The translations under genes were made by a program, and so were the position numbers. 64,000 nucleotides of DNA from Iphione sp. A-MEVVRFRX5 (Eukaryota). Location: contig OZ320315.1 of the NCBI GenBank assembly GCA_976226885.1, positions 32,736,001 to 32,800,000 of the forward strand, read 5' to 3'. The notes beneath the pieces were generated by a model that was not told the DNA's origin, ran no database searches, and worked only from the letters and a program-made list of their open reading frames with translations. This document shows positions 52,329-63,768 of the stretch, piece after piece (within the stretch, counting starts at the first letter, position 1; each line of letters opens with the position of its first letter).

Positions 52329-55160
52329 ATGTCTAATCAATCGATTGTGACCAAGGACTCCCTCTCAGTTGCTCACTTAAATATCAGAAGTTTAAAAAAC
52401 AAGGTACCAAATTTATTACAATTTGTCAGTGTGAATAGCTTTGATATTATATTCATCACAGAAACATGGCTAACAACAGACATACCAGATAGTATTGTCT
52501 CCATCCCAAACTATAGTCTGGCTCGACAGGATAGAAAGCACTCAGTTGGTGGTGGTATCGTATGCTATATAAGAAACTCACTAAGTTATGATACTGTGTC
52601 GATACAGAAATTGAACCACAATAGCCCTGATTTGGAAATGTTATGGATACAATTAAGGCTAGAAGACATGACTGATCTGTCTGTAGCAGGAGTGTATCGT
52701 CCTCCGAGAGGTCACATAGATAGATTTCTAGATTTATTGGAGCAAAGGGTCGAAATGCTAAACCCAGTACTGAACGATATGACAATAATAGGAGATTTCA
52801 ATATAGATGCGCTGAACAAAAACAGTCCTAACTACAGAGCCTTCTTCCATCTCTGCAATAATCTGAATCTCATACAGCCATTTAGCCAGCCTACTCGTTG
52901 TACTGCCATCAGCGAAACTTGCATTGACCTAGCCCTGGTACCTAGAAATCTACTGCTCTCAAGGAAAATCTTCAAGACATTTATCAGTGATCACTTTGCG
53001 ATAGCAGTATACTTAAAATTCCCCAATTCAGCTAAAAAATGCAACAGTTCAAAATACCAAACCTGGACAGAAAGGCACAGGGTATTATTTCTTAGTGCAA
53101 TTGATGAATACGACTGGTCTCATTTCTTTAGCTCAGGAGACCCTATCTATTGCTACACGCGGTTGGAAAATTTCATAGTAAGTACTCTAGAACGAATCTG
53201 TCCTTACAAATACTTTCGAAATAATTCTTCTAACCTTCCATGGATCAGTGCTAACACGAGACAATTGATCTCCGATAAAAATCATCTTTTCAAAACTGCG
53301 CTTAGACTGAAAAGCACCTCCCTATTCAAACGTGCTTCGACCCTACGTGTTGCTGTAGGGTTAGAATTGAAGAATGACAGACGGTTATACTACTCAAACA
53401 TGCTCACAGAAAATTCCAACAACCCACGTAAATATTGGAATACTCTTAAGAGAATCTTAAACCCATCTAAGGAAAGCAATATCCCATTTTTAAAGGTTAA
53501 CAATGAGGTGCTATCTCACGCAGAATCAGCAAACAAATTCAATGAACATTTCAGTTCTGTGGGGCACTGTCCCTTCTCTCTGGACAGCCCACTTATCACA
53601 GATGGCATTAAAGCTCCTACTAGCGAATTGGTCCTTAAATGTGTCTCTAAAAGTGAGCTGATAAAACTAATTCTAACTCAGAAGGACACTAAACCAAGTG
53701 GGCTTCCGTGTTGTAACAGCAAAATCTTAAAGCGTTGTTTAGTTGCTGTATGTGATCAATTACTTCATGTTGTCAATTCTTCTATTGCTGTTGGTAAAAC
53801 CCCTAATCAATGGAAAAGTGCTATAATAACACCATTATACAAGGGAAAAGGGGACCGCACTGACAGAAACTCGTATAGACCTATAAGTATTTTACCGCTT
53901 TGTAGTAAAATCCTAGAAAAGGTGGTACAACGACAAATTATCAATCATCTGGATACAAACAAAATCCTTATTGATGAGCAATATGGATTTAGGACCGGAC
54001 ACTCCACAACACATGCGATCAACGATTTGCTGACCTACGTCCACGATGCGGTAAATGAAGGTGAGATGGTTGGTGCCCTCTTTATCGACTTCAGGAAAGC
54101 GTTCGACAGCCTTCAACACCGTGTCCTCTTGAAAAAACTTCATAAATTGAAATTTGGCAACTCTATTCCCTGGATTGAAAATTATTTAGCAGATAGACTC
54201 ATACAAACTAGGTTAGGTCCCTCTATCTCTGATCCTATATCTGTTAATGTAGGAGTGCCCCAAGGTAGTATCTTGGGGCCGACATTGTTCAGCATATTTA
54301 TTAATGACTGTGTTACATCAATAAAGAACTCGCACTGTGTACTATATGCTGATGATACAGTACTCCTGTATCGTCACAAAAACCCACTAATTATTCAAAA
54401 GATCCTCAATGAAGATGCCAACTCTCTATGTCTATGGTGTGACGCAAATGGTATATGCATTAATGAGAAGAAAACAGAGGTTATGTTGATAAGTACAAAG
54501 AGAAATATAAATAAAGATACTCACCTGAGGATATCCCTAAATGGTAATGTAATCAACCAAGTAACATGCTATAAGTATCTAGGGATGATAATAGACAGAC
54601 ATCTAACTTTTGATATGGAGTTAGAAAAAAGGCTGAGGAAATCATACAGTCTTCTACATCTTCTACGTCATGTGAGATCAATAACCAATGAAAAGACTGC
54701 AATTCTGGTATTAAAATCTTACTTTATCCCTAATTTGGATTATTCAGTAGGCAGTATGCATTGTTATAAATCGTCCAAATTTATTCGGTTAGAGAAACAG
54801 TTGATCAAAGCAGTGAGAATTGTGACCAGAAACTTCTCAGACAGTCCACACGAGCTAATGGTACGCATCTCAGTTCTCCCATTTGAGCTAAGAAGTAACT
54901 ATTTCTCTCTATGTAATTACCATGAGTTGTTAAGTGTACAATATATGGAAGCCGTCAATGTTAGCAGATTGAGAAATCCAACAATCATTTGTAAACGTCC
55001 AAACCTTGTGATGTATAGATTAAGTCCTGTATGGTTCGCCACCTCCCTGTGGAATAGTCTTGATAAGGAAACAAAGACACTGAACAAGAGTGTATTCAAA
55101 AAAAGAATCAAATCTTTGATGTTCAACAAACTTTCCAGCGACAACTGGAGGGTCTCGTGA
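52329..55160 (+). CDS. LINE ORF2 polyprotein: apurinic endonuclease (EEP/APE) + reverse transcriptase, 943 aa, uninterrupted
   Basis: APE motifs LNIRSL, IFITETWL, GGGIVCYI, GVYRPP, IGDFNID, TR..TCIDLAL, SDHFAI. RT motifs YRPISIL, QYGFR, FIDFRKAFDS, GVPQGSILGPTLFSIFIND, YADDT, YKYLG. The C-terminus is of CR1/L2 type, with no evident RNase H or CCHC knuckle. Confidence 0.98.
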   Translation: MSNQSIVTKDSLSVAHLNIRSLKNKVPNLLQFVSVNSFDIIFITETWLTTDIPDSIVSIPNYSLARQDRKHSVGGGIVCYIRNSLSYDTVSIQKLNHNSPDLEMLWIQLRLEDMTDLSVAGVYRPPRGHIDRFLDLLEQRVEMLNPVLNDMTIIGDFNIDALNKNSPNYRAFFHLCNNLNLIQPFSQPTRCTAISETCIDLALVPRNLLLSRKIFKTFISDHFAIAVYLKFPNSAKKCNSSKYQTWTERHRVLFLSAIDEYDWSHFFSSGDPIYCYTRLENFIVSTLERICPYKYFRNNSSNLPWISANTRQLISDKNHLFKTALRLKSTSLFKRASTLRVAVGLELKNDRRLYYSNMLTENSNNPRKYWNTLKRILNPSKESNIPFLKVNNEVLSHAESANKFNEHFSSVGHCPFSLDSPLITDGIKAPTSELVLKCVSKSELIKLILTQKDTKPSGLPCCNSKILKRCLVAVCDQLLHVVNSSIAVGKTPNQWKSAIITPLYKGKGDRTDRNSYRPISILPLCSKILEKVVQRQIINHLDTNKILIDEQYGFRTGHSTTHAINDLLTYVHDAVNEGEMVGALFIDFRKAFDSLQHRVLLKKLHKLKFGNSIPWIENYLADRLIQTRLGPSISDPISVNVGVPQGSILGPTLFSIFINDCVTSIKNSHCVLYADDTVLLYRHKNPLIIQKILNEDANSLCLWCDANGICINEKKTEVMLISTKRNINKDTHLRISLNGNVINQVTCYKYLGMIIDRHLTFDMELEKRLRKSYSLLHLLRHVRSITNEKTAILVLKSYFIPNLDYSVGSMHCYKSSKFIRLEKQLIKAVRIVTRNFSDSPHELMVRISVLPFELRSNYFSLCNYHELLSVQYMEAVNVSRLRNPTIICKRPNLVMYRLSPVWFATSLWNSLDKETKTLNKSVFKKRIKSLMFNKLSSDNWRVS

Positions 55161-57159
55161 ATAGTCTACCTGTTATTATAATAAGCATTGTTATCTGCAC
55201 TTTATATTATCATCATTTGTAGTATGCAGTAAAAACATCCATCCCTCATTATTGTATATATGTACATAATTACTACTATTAAGAATGTGTATTCTCATTG
55301 TACATAGTAATCAATGATTTGAACTATTGTAGCAGAAAACGCTGACACCATTGGATTGTCAGGATAAATAAAATTTAAAAAAAAAAAAAACTCCCCATAT
55401 CCAAGCGTGTTTTTTTCTGAAGTAATTTTTTTTATCTCTATCAACTTTGAAGGTGGCAGAAAGTATTGCTGCCTATACAATATATGCCACCTCTGTGTAC
55501 CATTACCACCACAGGAGTCTGTACAGCGTCGGAGATTGCAAAAGCAAGGGTGAGAAGATAGCATGCTGATTTACCGATCGCTCGTCCCAAGATAACCACG
55601 CCCACTGCGAAACGTCATGGCATGTACTTCCGGCATAGACATTGTGCTGCATCCCAAGGGACTTTTCAATGTTAAAATACCCATTTTTGACTGCTTATAA
55701 CTTAGATTCTGTTGGATGGGAAAAATACCAAAATTGCTATGGGTCACTGTTAATATACCCTCTTTATGTATACAAAAGCTAATGATTCTATCTGTAATAT
55801 TAACAGAGAACATCAACCCTCTCATCGAGTCTAATGCTAGACAGCTATGTTTGTCTATGCTGAAGGTTCCCACACTTTCTAAGGGATGCCCTCTGATTGG
55901 CTAGACTGAGCTGTCACTCACAAAAAGCGATCCGTCAATTAGCGTTTCTCTGCCTCTTCTCACTTTTAGCAAGCTCCCCCACGGGGAAACTTAAACAGCA
56001 ATCTGTTAAGGTTCTTAAGGCTCTTTCATTTTCATAAAATCAAAGGGGGCCGAGTATTGTTCAAAACTACAGAACTCTGAACTGACTGCTGATGATTTCT
56101 TATAAATGTGTCTTGAATATGATTCGTGCCATACAGACAGTTAAAATGTCTGCTTCATGCGTACACAGAGGAAAGGGTTATTCTAAAAGCGACTCTTATC
56201 CAGACATGTACATATGTTAGGTACAATATGAACAACGCACTGCCAACCAGGAATGTTCAAGAAATTCCACATTTATCTAACCTCACAGATTTGGATGTGT
56301 TTGCTCTGTGTTTTTCACATCTGCAAGTACTGAAAGACGAGGTGTGGTTATATGTGAGGACTTCTGGAAACCAACCGCACATTTCATTATGATTTCTGTA
56401 AGTTTTCGCGAACTTTTCAGGACTTTCAATAAATAAACTTGTTGGTTTTTGTCAGGATTAATCTGAATTTTCACAAATTTCCTTATGATTCTCGCGGAAC
56501 TTCTCAACTTCCTCCATGTGCAAGAGCTTTTAACAATACCGTGAGCATTTGATTGTGATTTTCGCACTTTTAGCGGAAATCGTGTAGATTGTAATTCTCT
56601 TCCTTTATCACACTTCTCACAATATAAAAGATAAAATAGATCTTTGCATGTCTTTCCTCACAGAAAGCTCCACGGTCTGCAATAAGGTGGGGGGAAAAAC
56701 AAATCAAGTTAAAAGCCTAATCCCTTTGGAGGGGAAACATTTTAGATCGCAATATAAGAAAAACGCGTGCGGAAATCCACACGGAAATTCAACCAGATCC
56801 TACCGAGAAAATCAATTACAGCCCGCAGGCAACTTCGGAAAAGCAATTGTTGAATTCGCCCGAAAGCCATTTTCATGGGCGACATTGGTTGTTTCGAGCG
56901 CTGTTAAAACTACATGATCTTGCGAATTTAGCATGCAAACCTCGCCAGCATGGGCAATGAGCCCCGAGGGGGGATCGGTTACAGCTTAAACATCTAATCT
57001 ACCACTACTTTCTCTTGTTTACCCCCCCCCCCCCCCACGCGCGAGAAGATCAATATCCGAGCCCAAATAATGTCGTTCGCCGTGTAAATTGCATCCCCAC
57101 ATCGACACCCCCCGGTATTGACCTTGTAAAACTACACCTATTCACAGAAAGGACAATGG

Positions 57160-57870
57160 TTCAACCAACAGGAGAGTTAAGTCAATGTCAGTTTGACTGG
57201 GCCTACCTGTTGACAGGTCCAAGGGATGCAACCAAACCCTGAGCTTTCACATCCCTTATCTGTACTGCAGTGGGGGGTCCCACCTCCACGCATTGTGTCT
57301 TAAACCAACAGGAAAGTATATTCAATATGGATTTGATAGGGCCTACCTGTTGACAGGTCGAGGGGAGGCAACCAAGCCCTGAGCTTTCACATCCCTTATC
57401 TGTACTGCAGTGGGGGGTCCCACCTCCACGCATTGGGTCTTCAACCAGCCTCAGGGTATATTCAATATGGATTTGACAGGGCCTACCTGTTGACAGGTCG
57501 ATGGGCGGCAACCAAGCCCTGCAGCTTTCACATCCCTTATCTGTACTGCAGTGGGGGATTAAACCTCCACGCATTCAGTCTTCAACCAACAGGAGAGTAC
57601 AGTCAATATAGATTTGATGGGGCCTACCTGTTGACAGGTCCAAGGGATGCAACCAAGCCTTGAGCTTTCTCATCCCTTACCTGTGCTGCAGTGGGGGATT
57701 AAACTGCCACGTATTGGGTCTTCAACCAACAGGAGGGTATATTCAATATGCATTTGACAGGGCCTACCTATTGACAGGTCAAGGGGAGGAAACCAAGCCC
57801 TGAGCTTTCGCAACCCTTATCTGTACCACAGTGTGGTCTGCACCTCCACATATTCGGTCTTCAATGAGCC
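57160..57870. repeat. Tandem array, 140-bp unit, five copies plus a partial copy
   Basis: GCCTACCT recurs at 57201, 57341, 57481, 57622 and 57762. Confidence 0.95.
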
Positions 57871-60258
57871 TGGTGTACTCTTGCGTTATTAGGAAAGTCA
57901 TAACAAGTTTTAAAATGTCTGTAATAGCAGCTACTGAGACCCCATTTGGTACCAAGTGATTATGCCTATAATGGTAACGAGTCTGAAACAGTGAAGAGTT
58001 TATATTTTAGGACTTTTCATTCTGTTTCAAAGAAATTCGAGTGAAACAGGAAAGTCACCGGGATGGTGAGGAGTTGGAGCAACTTAAGTTTCACTTTGCA
58101 ATGAAAAGCCAGGTATGCATAAGAGCTCCATATGTTAGAGGAGATTGACAAATACACGGGTGATCGCCTTTAACACAACAGTAATGGCAAAACTTCACCT
58201 TCAGTCCCGCCTCGGACAAAAAAATACTCTCTTTTTGTCCTCCGACTTATGATCAACTTGAAACTTTTCGACAGCAAATACGTCTACCCGTCTGTCTCGA
58301 AACTTCGCCACACAACGTAAATGATTCGGTGCTTGAAACCGAAGGTCGCGCAAATGTAACGTTTACATCAATGTGTAGAATCTGCCGACAAACAACGCGA
58401 AACACGATAGAGACGGTGAGCTGCCATTTTCCCAAACTGCTGCAGAAGCCCCCCCCCCCCTCTTGTAGAAGTTCTGCTATCAGGCTTCGACGACATCCGT
58501 GCGACACAAAAGGAAAGAATGCGAGCACTTCCCTCCTACTACTGAAAGCTAGTTATAGGCGTCTGGCGAAAACATTGATTCGACGAGTATGGATGGAAAA
58601 CCCGCCGAAATGTCACTTCTGATGGAGAAGATTACCTGTATCCAAGACTGACGGACACTTAACAAGTGTAGTCTTATGTGTCATTTATGGTTCGTATTTA
58701 GGTTCTATGCCGTATTGTTCACTATGAGTAAATGCCAACTACAAAGAAGCCAGGGATCACAGAACTCAGGGTTCTGTAGCGTACGAAACGTTGGGATGAA
58801 TAATACCTACTTCTCATTGAAGCATAGCTGTTGTGGCCTTTCGGCCTTCTTACAATCAACCACCGGTGTCCCTCGCTAATAGGACCTACAATCTCTGATC
58901 CCAACCTCGAATGGTCACATTAGAGAGGGGGGTAGGTATGTACATGTGTGTTACTCTGTACTTAAGAAAAAATGGTCCGAGGGGACACCCTGTGTATATC
59001 TATTGCAGCCTGCTGAGAGTCGTTCATGCGGACTGACACTCCGGCTTCAGCGCCTTCACCATGTCGTGAAAACCAAAAAGCATTGCAATCGAATGTCACA
59101 GCAAAGCATTGCAACCGAAATGTCACAGTCCTGGTATACAATCTAACATTCCTGTTCCAAGGCAGCAAACAGGTACCACTACACGTAGCGATTTTGATAG
59201 GACTTCCTCACGAATAACGCCGAATATAGCCTCCTCAGGCCTACCCTCCCTGTAGTCTGAGTGACTCGTTGTTTTTTTTATCTATTGTCCTGATTAAATC
59301 TGACAGACACGTGCTCAGAAGAGTGACTCTGTTTCAAAACGGTTTGGCACTCGCTGAGACACAGTGCACGTGTACTAGGCTTGTGACTCGTGCTTGCTAT
59401 GTAAACTGTAGCCTACATAGTACAGTAGCAACTCACCTTTTGGGCAATGTGACTAGGAGGGCAATTCAGGATAGAGGGCAAGTTTGGTTGGTCCCCATAG
59501 TTCATTTTCTATGATGAAATTAATTAAGGTAGGAGGGTAACTTGCTGTTAAGAACAACTTCCATCTGTTAAGAACTGGTTCCATCCGTGGTCTTAATTCT
59601 GAGTTTACTGTATTCCTTACCTACGGTTGACTTACTCAGCTAGAGCTAGAACAGCTAGACTCTTCATGGACTTGGCTACTGCGCTCATTTGCCAGAATTT
59701 TAAGAATTACACGAGCATATCTGTCGGGAAGCATAATGAGCACATTTTATTTCCTTTTTTAACTCTGTATCCAATGGAAATGGTATTAATTCCAGTGTTT
59801 TATATGATGAGGAAAAGATGCCAGTGCTGCAATGTGCATCGAGTGAGATGACCAAATCAAACTGGAAAAATAGGTAAATATTCGTTCATGCCGGTTATGG
59901 GGTGTATTCTGCAGAACCCTCTATGGCTTTACCTCAAGGAGTAAGATTTCTGGCTGGAGGAGAACATTCTGATCTTCTGCAACCTTCAGAATATCCATGC
60001 TAACAACAGAACATGCTTTTAAGCAATTCTTAAAAGTAATAAGAGACTTGTGAAGTCTATTTTCCCCCACCATTAATGCCCCATTTCATGGCTGATTGCT
60101 TACATGACTGGAGGATTTTGCCTGACTGGGTACACAGAGGTCCCAGACTGCTACAAGCTGGTACTGCCAGAAGGGAGGTATTGAGTGTGTGAGTGTGTGT
60201 GTGTGTGCATGTGAGGAAGTGCATTGTCAGACCTAGGAACCCCCAAACTAGGTATGTA

Positions 60259-63200
60259 CCCAGTCAAGACGTGAGCTCACGTAGATGTCACTGTTAGATC
60301 ACAAGAAGCTCACAGCTGTGAGCTCACATGGATTGTATCACAGTGACCTCACAGATACCTCACAGATGTGAGCTCACATGTATGACATCACAGTTACCTC
60401 ACAGATACATCACATGTTTTAGGTAACTGGCAAGAGGTCACAGTTAGCTAACAGAAACGTCATAACGTGTTGTTGTCATGTTCATGAAAACTATTATCAA
60501 TTTTTATTTTTCTAAATTAATTGCAGAATATTATGCTCGTTGTTAGAACAGTGGTTAAGTGCGTTTTTCTGTTTGAGTCCCTAGGTTTAAGCCCTCAGCC
60601 TTGGGCCTATTGGCCCTCAACTTCAAACAGAAAAATGTACTTAACCACAACGGCCACAGTAACGTCCTATGGCCGCCATATTTGTTTACCTTTCGTAACG
60701 GTCGTACGAGCGGTAAATTGCCGAAATTCTGTGTGAATTTCCATCTCAAGTCATCCAGGAACACCCTTCAGCATTGTGGAAAGGACTGACTATGGTTATT
60801 TATCTTCACAAGTGTGTGGGGATACCAGGAAAGTCATTGAAAGTTGCCGATTTTCGCCGCAAGTACACCGGGTAGGCATTATGTTGTTTACATCGCATAG
60901 GATGGCCAGATCGCTGAAAATCGGTCTTTACAGGTTACCTAAGCCATCCAGGAGAACCCTCAAGCATTATAAAAAGATTTTACAGTGATATTATATGTTT
61001 ATAAGTGTGTAAGGTGTAGTGTACCAGTACCATTGGGTAACATGTAAGGGGTGAACATTGAGTGAGACACCACCACCCAGGAGCCATGGAGTAACACCAC
61101 ATGTGCAGTGCAGTAAAGGAGTAGAAACCCAAGTTAAATCTGTCTTATTATTACCCAGCAAGGGAATATTACAATGGCGATGAGGATGAACATCAGGAGA
61201 AACCTAGGAACAAGTGTGAGTGGATTCTAAACTGGGATTCACCAAGGAAACCAAGTTTTGTGCACTGCCATGTGAGGAGGTACTCACAGACAAAGGAGGA
61301 GTGAGGGAGTACAACCCCACTAAGCTTAAATGCTGGATATCCTTGGAAAGGAGAGAGGATATCAAGACAGGATTGTGGGAGGACACAGGAGAAGGACTAT
61401 CATACATATGTGAGTGACCATTTGTGTGAAATTGTGACTGTAAACCCCTGTAAGGCTAAAATTGCGATCGTAGCGTGGATATCGTGATCGTAGCATGATT
61501 GTACCGTTAGGACCAGTTTGAGAGCATCTAGACCATCATCAGATCATTGTGAGTGTGGTTAGACACAGAGAGAAGGTTCCGAGCCAATTTCTATTGACCT
61601 CAAGTGGGATACTGTAAGTGTATCATCAGGAACTTTTATTTGAATGTGACGACGCTAGACCACTTGGTCTAGACAACGCTAGGCCAGCCAGTACAACGTC
61701 TAGGGAAGCTCAAATCCCTTGGGAGTCACTGAGGACGCTGTGGTCGCCGATTTGGCGCGAAAATATAGCGTGGATAGACTACTGGAAGGCAGGAGAGCCA
61801 ATGAGGACATTCAGCTCGTGGTTTGGCGCCAAAAGTAGCGTAGGTACAGCAGGGAAGCAGCTGGAGCAGCCCAGGAGGTGTGGCCATCCTTGAGAATCGC
61901 GCAAAAGCTGTCAAACTCGCCGAGGTCGATCTACAAGCATGGAGATGATGTTTGAATACAGGCAAAAGTCAGCGAGGTCTATCTACAAAGGTGGGAACGT
62001 CTAAGAAGTGACTGGTGCTGTCATATGGTCGGATTTTTTTTTTGTGCTTGGTCGATGAGAAACTGTCTACAAGCGTGGGAACCCTAGAGGAGGCGTGGCA
62101 GTGTATAACAAGTCATCAGAAATCGGCCGAGCAGTGTACAGATGTGTGGGAACTGATTGATAGTGTGGCCTGTGACTCAAAGTAGGAGGAAAAGTTGTCA
62201 AAAGTCGCCGAGAGACCGTACAGACGACGGACGTCTGTCTACAGCCGTGGGAACTGGAGAAAAGTCGGTGGAAATTGTACACAGAGTGTGGAAAATGTCA
62301 TAGTGGCGATTTTTGTGCTCAAAGTCGGCGAGGACTGTCTGGAGCATAGGAACAACCCAAACAAGGGGGAAACTTGGCCAAGGAGTGTTTAGATGCATGG
62401 ACGCATCATACAGATCAATTAGGACTGCTGAAACGAACTTTATATGTGTGATCTTGAACCAGGAAAGTTTAAATACTGAACTTTAACATGTGCTCTCTAT
62501 TTAAGGAAACACTGAACTTTGAGGTGTTGTGATGGACAAAAGTTTTAATACGGAAGTTTAAATACTGGATTTTACTGAGACTGAAAGGATTTTACAGTGA
62601 TATTTTATGTTTACAAGTGTGTAAGGAGTCTGCATGCTGCTGCAAGGTCGCCTAAAAAAGGTCGTAGAAACATCCAACTGCTGCAATGTTGTTTATATCA
62701 TGTAGGATCGCCAAAACGCCGAAATTCTGTGTGAATTGGCTACCAACATCATCTGGGAATACAGTGATATACCAAGAAAGGTTTTGTAGTGGAATTATAT
62801 GCTCAGAAGTGTGTGGCAAAGCCAGGAATTATATCTAGTGCTACATCAATAGAAGGTTTTGCATAGTGAGGTAATATCTTGTTAATTTATATTACCAATG
62901 TGGTGCAAAATTAACATACATTTTTGTAAGTGTAAGTTTTAGTATGATGTTTTCTTTATATATTTTTCCATGTTGATAGATATCTCACTCCAGTATGGAC
63001 ATAAGTAGAGAAAAATAAAGTCATTTCTTTTTTATATTCTTGACCTCTGCATTTGCTTTCATTCTTAAAGCAGACCATTTATTTAGACTGAATGGCAAGT
63101 AACTGATTGCTGAAACACATCATGGAGTGTGCAATGATGTTAGAAGAAATGGTACATCAAGTTGAGAGGCTGCGACAGTTATAGGTCACCCTATGACAGT

Positions 63201-63768
63201 GTTTACATTCTTCTGACTCTTCATGTGTGCAAATAAGGCTACATGGTAAAAAGACACACACTTCTAAATCAGAGCTAATAATTATCTAAGGTAAATAACC
63301 ATGGCCCTCTAGGACCATTATTATTGATTGTATGGCACTGCAAAGTTTCAGCACCAATTCAGAGTAAAAAGGAACCACTCTTTCCTGGAAGCAGTCAAAT
63401 GTATACACAATATTGTTTTGCTCCATAATGATGTGTTTTATCATTTGGTGAATAGGACTATGGGCTTAATATTAAAAGAACAATTTAATTTTCAAACCAT
63501 GGTATGCTCAATTTAGCATCAGAATAAGCTCACATTGTGAGGTCACAGTGTGAGGTCATTGTGAGGTATCTGTGAGGTTACAAATTTAGTTCAGTGTGAG
63601 CTACTGAGCTCACACTGTGAGGTCAGTCTGAGCTCATAGTGAGCTCACATTGTGAGGTCACAATGTGAGCTCACTGTGAGGTAACCGTGAGGTTACAAAT
63701 TGAGTTCAGCATGAGCTCATAATATGAGGTCACTGTTAGCTCATTGTGAGGTCACATTCCTGACTGGG
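60259..63768. mobile_element. Non-autonomous TIR DNA transposon, CMC/EnSpm(CACTA)-like, about 3.5 kb
   Basis: Inverted termini (TA)CCCAGTCA.. at 60259 and ..TGACTGGG(TA) at 63768. Subterminal arrays of GTGAGCTCAC/TGTGAGGTCAC occur in opposite orientation (60270-60460; 63520-63755). CCCAG fits the CMCWR terminal consensus. No transposase ORF is visible. Confidence 0.75.

Larger units (their letters stand above)
50375..55390 (+). mobile_element. Non-LTR retrotransposon (LINE, CR1/L2/Crack-like), apparently near full length: NADAR ORF + SGNH esterase ORF + APE-RT ORF2, 3' stem-loop and poly(A)
   Basis: Three co-oriented, intronless coding blocks (50646-51227, 51243-51920, 52329-55160). AT-rich 3' UTR, hairpin CTGACA..TGTCAG (55342-55362), AATAAA (55367-55372) and A14 (55377-55390). 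The 5' boundary is tentative, based on a candidate low-complexity TSD AAAAAAAAC at 50366-50374 and 55383-55391. Confidence 0.93.

Noticed and set aside
52456-55144. Antisense ORFs inside LINE ORF2
   Set aside because: Expected shadows of a long coding frame.
57160-57870. CRISPR-like appearance (palindromic repeat at regular spacing)
   Set aside because: The sequence between palindromes is also repeated, so there are no unique spacers. The context is eukaryotic and there are no cas genes.
58240-58622. Open frame containing MCRICRQ (zinc-finger-like)
   Set aside because: A single CxxC with no second ligand pair, interrupted by a poly-C run; likely chance.
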